The notes beneath the pieces are model-generated. The model worked only from the letters and a program-made list of their open reading frames with translations, was not told the origin of the DNA and did no database searches. The position numbers and the translations under genes were made by a program. A stretch of DNA of 63,964 bases, the filler included, from an uncultured bacterium (GTDB lineage: Bacteria; Auribacterota; CAZIXI01), in NCBI GenBank assembly GCA_964543115.1. It is 10 parts of 10 records of this genome, joined end to end, with 100 filler letters (N's around TTAATTAATTAA, not from the genome) between each part and the next. Parts side by side here need not be neighbours in the genome. Positions count along the whole stretch, not along the records: positions 57,800 to 63,964 come from CAZIXI010000208.1; 9 more parts are not named here. One strand, written 5' to 3'. Positions within the stretch are counted from its first letter, which is position 1; each line of letters opens with the position of its first letter. This document shows positions 59,330-63,964 of the stretch, one piece after another.

Positions 59330-60719
59330 TTTGAAATATATAGGGGTGTTTTTTATCGCTTTTGTGGTGTTATTGCTTGTTTGTTTTGCAGTGTCGTATT
59401 ATGCTCATGATACAGTATTAATAAAAGAAATAAGCCATAGGGATATTGCTTTTAACAGTGAATCAACTGATCCTGCCTTAAGTGCTATCAAGGAGTTCTC
59501 TGAGGAGAGCGGTGCGGGGATTAAAGAGTTGGCCATTAAGTTTAAAATGAGGGTTATTTCCATTCATAACTGGAATAATATTTTTCAAACAGCGCCATAT
59601 AATAAGGGTGTGCGGATGGAGTTATCTGATCCGGCGGGGCTGGGGCTCGTAGTCGGAGATGGTACAGAGACGGGGCTGCGGGGGTATAAGATAAGCGGTC
59701 CCCTAGAGCTAAACAAGTGGTATTCGGTAAGTGTAAATATTGATGTAGACAAACGAATAAAAGTGTTTTTAAATGATGAATTAATTCTGGATATTGTTGA
59801 TGAGAAAATTGCGTATGATATTACAAGCATTGCCGTAGGTACCGGCTTTAGTAAGACGAGGCCCTTTTTTGGGGAGATTAAAGATTTCAGTATAAAATAT
59901 AAGCTTTTCGATAAATGTAAGCCTTTCTGGAAGAGGAAGCTCTTCGGGGATCAGTTGAAATTTGTTGCTTTGGCAATTGCTGTTATTTTACTAGGCGTTT
60001 CCAGTGTCTTTCTTATCTGGGCCCTCTACCGCAGGTTTATTTTTGGTTTCGTTATGCTGCTAGTAGCAGCTATTTTATTAGTATCGTCAATATTTGTCAA
60101 AAGGGCATTTTACCAACCCGTTTTAGTAAAGTCAATTACCCATGGCGGAATTAATTTTAATAGTAATTCCACGGACCCTGGTCTTTCATCTGTGAAGGAA
60201 TTTCGCGAGAATACAGTGCCGCAGTATCAGGAGATTAAGATTAACTTTAAGATGAAAGTGGACTCGACACAGAATTGGGGAAATGTTTTTCAGACAGCTA
60301 CTTTTAATAAAGGAGTCCGGATGGAACTAGCCAGTCCCTCTTCACTTTTTATGGCGGTTGGTGATGGAACGGAGACAGGCTTAGTCGGATATCTAATTAC
60401 GGACTCATTAAAGCTGGGAGAATGGTATTCCGTGCGATTGAGGATAGATAAACATAAGAATATAAAAGTACTTTTAGGTGATGAAATTGTCGTGAATGTT
60501 CGAGATAATAAGATAAATTATTTCATTAATGATATAGCAGTGGGTACCGGATTTGCTAAGACGAGACCGTTTGATGGGGAAATAAAAGATTTTAGTTTAC
60601 GGTATAGTTTTTATAAGGAAAATGACGAATGGAAATCCGTCGCCGCTATATTCTTATTTTTCTATTTATTAATTATTTCACTGTCCGTTAATGTGTTGCT
60701 TAAGCAACAGAAGGCTTGA
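59310..60719 (+). CDS. Membrane protein with two ConA/LamG-like domains (paralog B)
   Basis: Two copies of FKM.V....W.N.FQTA..NKGVRMEL..WYSV..IAVGTGF.KTRPF.GEIKDF separated by TMs. Confidence 0.8.
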   Translation: MFMSKNSLKYIGVFFIAFVVLLLVCFAVSYYAHDTVLIKEISHRDIAFNSESTDPALSAIKEFSEESGAGIKELAIKFKMRVISIHNWNNIFQTAPYNKGVRMELSDPAGLGLVVGDGTETGLRGYKISGPLELNKWYSVSVNIDVDKRIKVFLNDELILDIVDEKIAYDITSIAVGTGFSKTRPFFGEIKDFSIKYKLFDKCKPFWKRKLFGDQLKFVALAIAVILLGVSSVFLIWALYRRFIFGFVMLLVAAILLVSSIFVKRAFYQPVLVKSITHGGINFNSNSTDPGLSSVKEFRENTVPQYQEIKINFKMKVDSTQNWGNVFQTATFNKGVRMELASPSSLFMAVGDGTETGLVGYLITDSLKLGEWYSVRLRIDKHKNIKVLLGDEIVVNVRDNKINYFINDIAVGTGFAKTRPFDGEIKDFSLRYSFYKENDEWKSVAAIFLFFYLLIISLSVNVLLKQQKA

Positions 60720-60748
60720 GACATTAAATCTACGGAGAAGAAGTATAT

Positions 60749-62743
60749 ATGTGGTCAAATAAAAAGATTTGTTCAGAAGAAAAAATGTATCTAGGGGGTT
60801 TATTAAGCCTGGTGTTTTCCGTGCTGTCCACGTATTTTATTCTCCGCTATCTTGCCGGTCATTATAGCTTTAATGTTGACTTGAGTAACATAGGAGAGAT
60901 ATTTGCGATAACCAGCGGTTTTTGCCCAGAACCGCGGGAGAGGATGCTTTTTATGGGTGGCTGCCTGATTATGCCGGCTGCGCTTTATTTGTTTTGCAAT
61001 ATATTTAGCTGGGTATTATCCAGGGTCAGTGATGGTGCCTATATCCGAAAAGTATGCGGTGTATTGTATTTTACGGTAATAACATTAGTATACATTATGA
61101 TTTTGGTCGCCATTCAAGAAAATAACTGTTTTTTCTTGCTCAATACAATCGGTGTTAATCCGCAAAGTCTTATCTTGATTAGTGCGGGTGTGTTTATTCT
61201 TTTTTGGGCAATATTATTTGCTGCGCCTGATAATAAATTCGCGTTGGCAGTTAGGCTTATTGAATGGAGTTTGCTTTTATTATCGCTAATATCTATTTTA
61301 TCGGTATGTTTGTTTTGTGTTTTTGGCACCAGTTCGGTCTCCATCAGGGGAGTGCTGGATGTTCATTTTAATGCCGTCTTTCATCCTGTGGTCCAGGTTT
61401 ATCAGGGGAAGACGTTGTTGATAGACTTGTTGAGTCAATACGGTCTTTATCCGCATTTCCTTGAGCCGATCCTTAAAATAACCGGATTAACTGTTCTGCG
61501 CTTTACTGTTGTTATGGGCGCCTTAATGGCCCTGTCACTTATTTTGATTTACAGATTTCTTATGGGAGTAACGCGTAATAAAATAATAGGGTATTTGGGG
61601 TTCCTTTCAATGATTTATTACAGTTATCATTTTGGTAGAGTTATATCCATTGATCCATATTTCCAATATAATCCTATTAGATTTTTATTTCCCGCAGCGT
61701 CAGTTTACTTGGTATATAAATATTTTAAGACAAATAGTAAAAAATTATACTATTGCTTATTTGCTCTTTTTTCAATTGCCCTTTTGTGGAATTTTGATAC
61801 CGGTATTGTTGTGTTTCTTGGTTGGATATTAGTTATATTATTTCAGGAACTTTTTAAGTTAAAGTTCAGGAATATATTTCGGCATTTAATTAGCGGTACG
61901 ATTGTTTTTATGGCAATCCTGTCTTTGTTTACTGTTTATCTATATATAAGGTCCGGCCAGTTACCGGATTATCGGGCCTTCCTGACGCATCAGAATCTGT
62001 TTTATCTCTATGGATATGGCATGATGCCGATGAGGATGATTCACCCCTGGAATATGGTAATCTTGCTTTATGTCATTGGTCTGGTAATTTCATTTGCCTC
62101 TCTCTGTTATGCAAGGAAGTCGCTTAAAGTAAAAATGATATTCTTTTTGTCAATCCTGGGTGTCGGGCTGTTTCTCTATTATCNNNNNNNNNNAAGCCAT
62201 GATTTATGTCTGCTTCCTGTGTCTTTCCCCGCGATCATCTTGATGACTATTTATGCTGACAGCATGTTCTGCCGGATAAAGTTGCGGAATAGATTTAATG
62301 ATGAGTTGGTTTTCGCGATTATGCTGAGTTTCATGTTGTTTGCCGGCGGTAGCTTATTAAAGAATTCTCCGTTTATATACAAAGTAATTAAAGAAAGGCT
62401 GTCTGCAGTAATGAATAAAGAAGTAAATTTTGTTACGCAGGCCGCCGAATTTGTTAAAGATAATACCGGGGAAGGGGAAGAAGTGTTGATCTTGTCAAAT
62501 TTATCGGGTGTCTATTATCTAGAATCTGGAGCAGTGTGTCCTTTGCAAATATCAGGGACAACAGAAATATTCTTGGTTGAGGAATACCAGAAAATCTATG
62601 AATTTTTGGGAAGTGAGGAGGTTAACAAGCTGATTGTTGACAAGCGTTGCCATTTGTATGGGCCGATAAAAGATCGCCTTTCCAAATATAAAATAATAAA
62701 TACAAGTCCGGATGGTTGTCATGTCGTTTATTTGAAGGAGTAA
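60749..62743 (+). CDS. Polytopic membrane protein, GT-C-like (paralog A'); 10-N gap at 62184-62193
   Basis: Same HFN/QYGLYPHF/DPYFQYNPIRFLFP/SHD motifs as 57800-59329. Confidence 0.82.
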   Translation: MWSNKKICSEEKMYLGGLLSLVFSVLSTYFILRYLAGHYSFNVDLSNIGEIFAITSGFCPEPRERMLFMGGCLIMPAALYLFCNIFSWVLSRVSDGAYIRKVCGVLYFTVITLVYIMILVAIQENNCFFLLNTIGVNPQSLILISAGVFILFWAILFAAPDNKFALAVRLIEWSLLLLSLISILSVCLFCVFGTSSVSIRGVLDVHFNAVFHPVVQVYQGKTLLIDLLSQYGLYPHFLEPILKITGLTVLRFTVVMGALMALSLILIYRFLMGVTRNKIIGYLGFLSMIYYSYHFGRVISIDPYFQYNPIRFLFPAASVYLVYKYFKTNSKKLYYCLFALFSIALLWNFDTGIVVFLGWILVILFQELFKLKFRNIFRHLISGTIVFMAILSLFTVYLYIRSGQLPDYRAFLTHQNLFYLYGYGMMPMRMIHPWNMVILLYVIGLVISFASLCYARKSLKVKMIFFLSILGVGLFLYYXXXXSHDLCLLPVSFPAIILMTIYADSMFCRIKLRNRFNDELVFAIMLSFMLFAGGSLLKNSPFIYKVIKERLSAVMNKEVNFVTQAAEFVKDNTGEGEEVLILSNLSGVYYLESGAVCPLQISGTTEIFLVEEYQKIYEFLGSEEVNKLIVDKRCHLYGPIKDRLSKYKIINTSPDGCHVVYLKE

Positions 62744-63454
62744 ATGATTGCCAGAATATTACCCAAAAACAAATATTTGGTTGTTTTAGTATTGTTGCTT
62801 ATGGCTTTTTTACTAGCAGCATTATCACTATACGCCAGAGCCTTCTTTTTTCAGCCTGTCTTGGTAAAGTCTGTAGAGTATACAGATATTAATTTTGATA
62901 GTATGTCAGAAGAACCTGAACTGGCTAAGGCAAAAGAATTTGTGGAGACTACCAATGGAGACTTTAAGGAGCTTCAGATTAGTTTTAAAATGAAAGTTAA
63001 TTCAATTAATAATTGGAATAATATTTTCCAGACCGCAACCTTTAATAAAGGGGTGCGGATGGAATTGGCCAGTCCCTCAATGCTCGGGGTGGTGATTAGT
63101 GACGGGACGGGGACAGGTTTGCTGGGGTTTAAGCTGACGGATTCGTTAAAATTAGGGGAATGGTACTCTGTTAAATTGGATCTGGATAGAGATAAGAATC
63201 TAAAGGTGTTTCTGAATGATGATCTAGTTGTGGATGCTAGAGATGAGAGGATGAATTATTTAATTTCTGATATAGCTGTTGGCACAGGGTTTGCGAAACT
63301 AAGGCCATTTGATGGAGAAATAGCCGGTTTTAATTTAAGCTATAGCCTATTCGGGAATAATTGGCGGACAACCGGGTTGATGTTCTTCTATTTATTAGTT
63401 ATCGCGCTTTGTATAAATATAGCTTTTTGTGCGCCTAAACGGGGGAGAGTGTGA
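62744..63454 (+). CDS. Membrane protein with one ConA/LamG-like domain (paralog B')
   Basis: WNNIFQTATFNKGVRMELASPS..IAVGTGFAKLRPFDGEI between TMs. Confidence 0.82.
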   Translation: MIARILPKNKYLVVLVLLLMAFLLAALSLYARAFFFQPVLVKSVEYTDINFDSMSEEPELAKAKEFVETTNGDFKELQISFKMKVNSINNWNNIFQTATFNKGVRMELASPSMLGVVISDGTGTGLLGFKLTDSLKLGEWYSVKLDLDRDKNLKVFLNDDLVVDARDERMNYLISDIAVGTGFAKLRPFDGEIAGFNLSYSLFGNNWRTTGLMFFYLLVIALCINIAFCAPKRGRV

Positions 63455-63964
63455 GCAAGCTGTTGCTTAAAAAGATTCTGAATTTTATGGGCATTAATGA
63501 TGCCGTATTTTATTTCCTTTTGGGAAAATGTTTTTCGTTTTTGGTTACCCCGGTTACCTTATCGCTAATTGTTTTATATCTTTCCCCGGCTGAACAAGGA
63601 TATTATTATACCTTTTCCAGCCTGCTCGGGTTATCGATTTTTTTTGAGTTGGGCCTGGGTGTGGTTATTACTCAATTTGCCAGTCATGAGTATGCGCATT
63701 TATCTTGGACCCCGGAGGGGAGTTTAAGCGGAGATAGCGAAGCGCTCTCGAGGATAATATCCTTATTGAGAAAATCATTGAAATGGTATGTTATCATAGT
63801 GACGTTTTTTGTTCTTGTGATATTGCCATCGGGATTGTGGTTTTTTGGCCGTAAACCCGAGAGTGCCCAGATAAAATATAGTTTTTCCTGGGTGCTCTTG
63901 ATTGTCTTTTTTGGTCTGGGGACTTGTGCTATACCGCTGACCTCAGTTATTGCCGGGTGCGGGC
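63451..63964 (+). CDS. Wzx-like polysaccharide flippase, 3'-truncated (missed by the ORF track)
   Basis: GTG start overlapping the upstream stop; LSPAEQGYYYTFSSLLGLSIFFELGLGVVITQFASHE; multi-TM. Confidence 0.8.
   Translation, partial: MSKLLLKKILNFMGINDAVFYFLLGKCFSFLVTPVTLSLIVLYLSPAEQGYYYTFSSLLGLSIFFELGLGVVITQFASHEYAHLSWTPEGSLSGDSEALSRIISLLRKSLKWYVIIVTFFVLVILPSGLWFFGRKPESAQIKYSFSWVLLIVFFGLGTCAIPLTSVIAGCG

Overview
The window is a concatenation of 10 unrelated draft contigs of about 6.2-6.4 kb, in descending size order (6413, 6407, 6395, 6383, 6339, 6287, 6255, 6235, 6185 bp, last one truncated). They are joined by 100-bp linkers (N44-TTAATTAATTAA-N44), so genes on different contigs are not real neighbours. 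The source is a bacterium using the standard code; giant-protein fragments and signature domains suggest an Omnitrophota/PVC-like MAG (inference). Contents by contig: (1) GT4, rpmB, recG-rsmD-coaD-DUF177-rpmF-plsX; (2) cobU-cobT-cobS-btuB-tonB, tRNA-Glu(CTC), a C10 cysteine protease; (3) a stressosome operon (rsbR-rsbS-rsbT-rsbX-HK-RR), an AAA-DUF4143 ATPase, tRNA-Glu(TTC), tRNA-Lys(TTT); (4-5) secreted repeat proteins, glutaminyl cyclase, TPR-peptidase, corA; (6) a giant-protein C-terminus with GHKL and HEXXH motifs, a small operon, DUF2283, DUF362; (7) a stop-free >2085-aa giant-protein fragment; (8, 10) surface-glycan genes; (9) a 1687-aa multidomain beta-helix enzyme and a hairpin-rich region. 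The most striking signal is non-coding: single nuclease-fold genes sit inside symmetric repeat architectures. A GxxExxY PD-(D/E)XK gene forms a 392-bp unit bounded by direct CACAGAT-dyad repeats that supply its start codon and the upstream gene's stop, and gene-less copies of the same site occupy other operon junctions. An AAA-DUF4143 gene is bracketed by ~53-bp inverted repeats next to a tRNA 3' end. An orphan DUF2283 follows a 24-bp duplication scar. Together these suggest an integrase/transposase-free single-gene cassette system (hypothesis). No CRISPR, rRNA, transposase, integrase or reverse transcriptase was seen.
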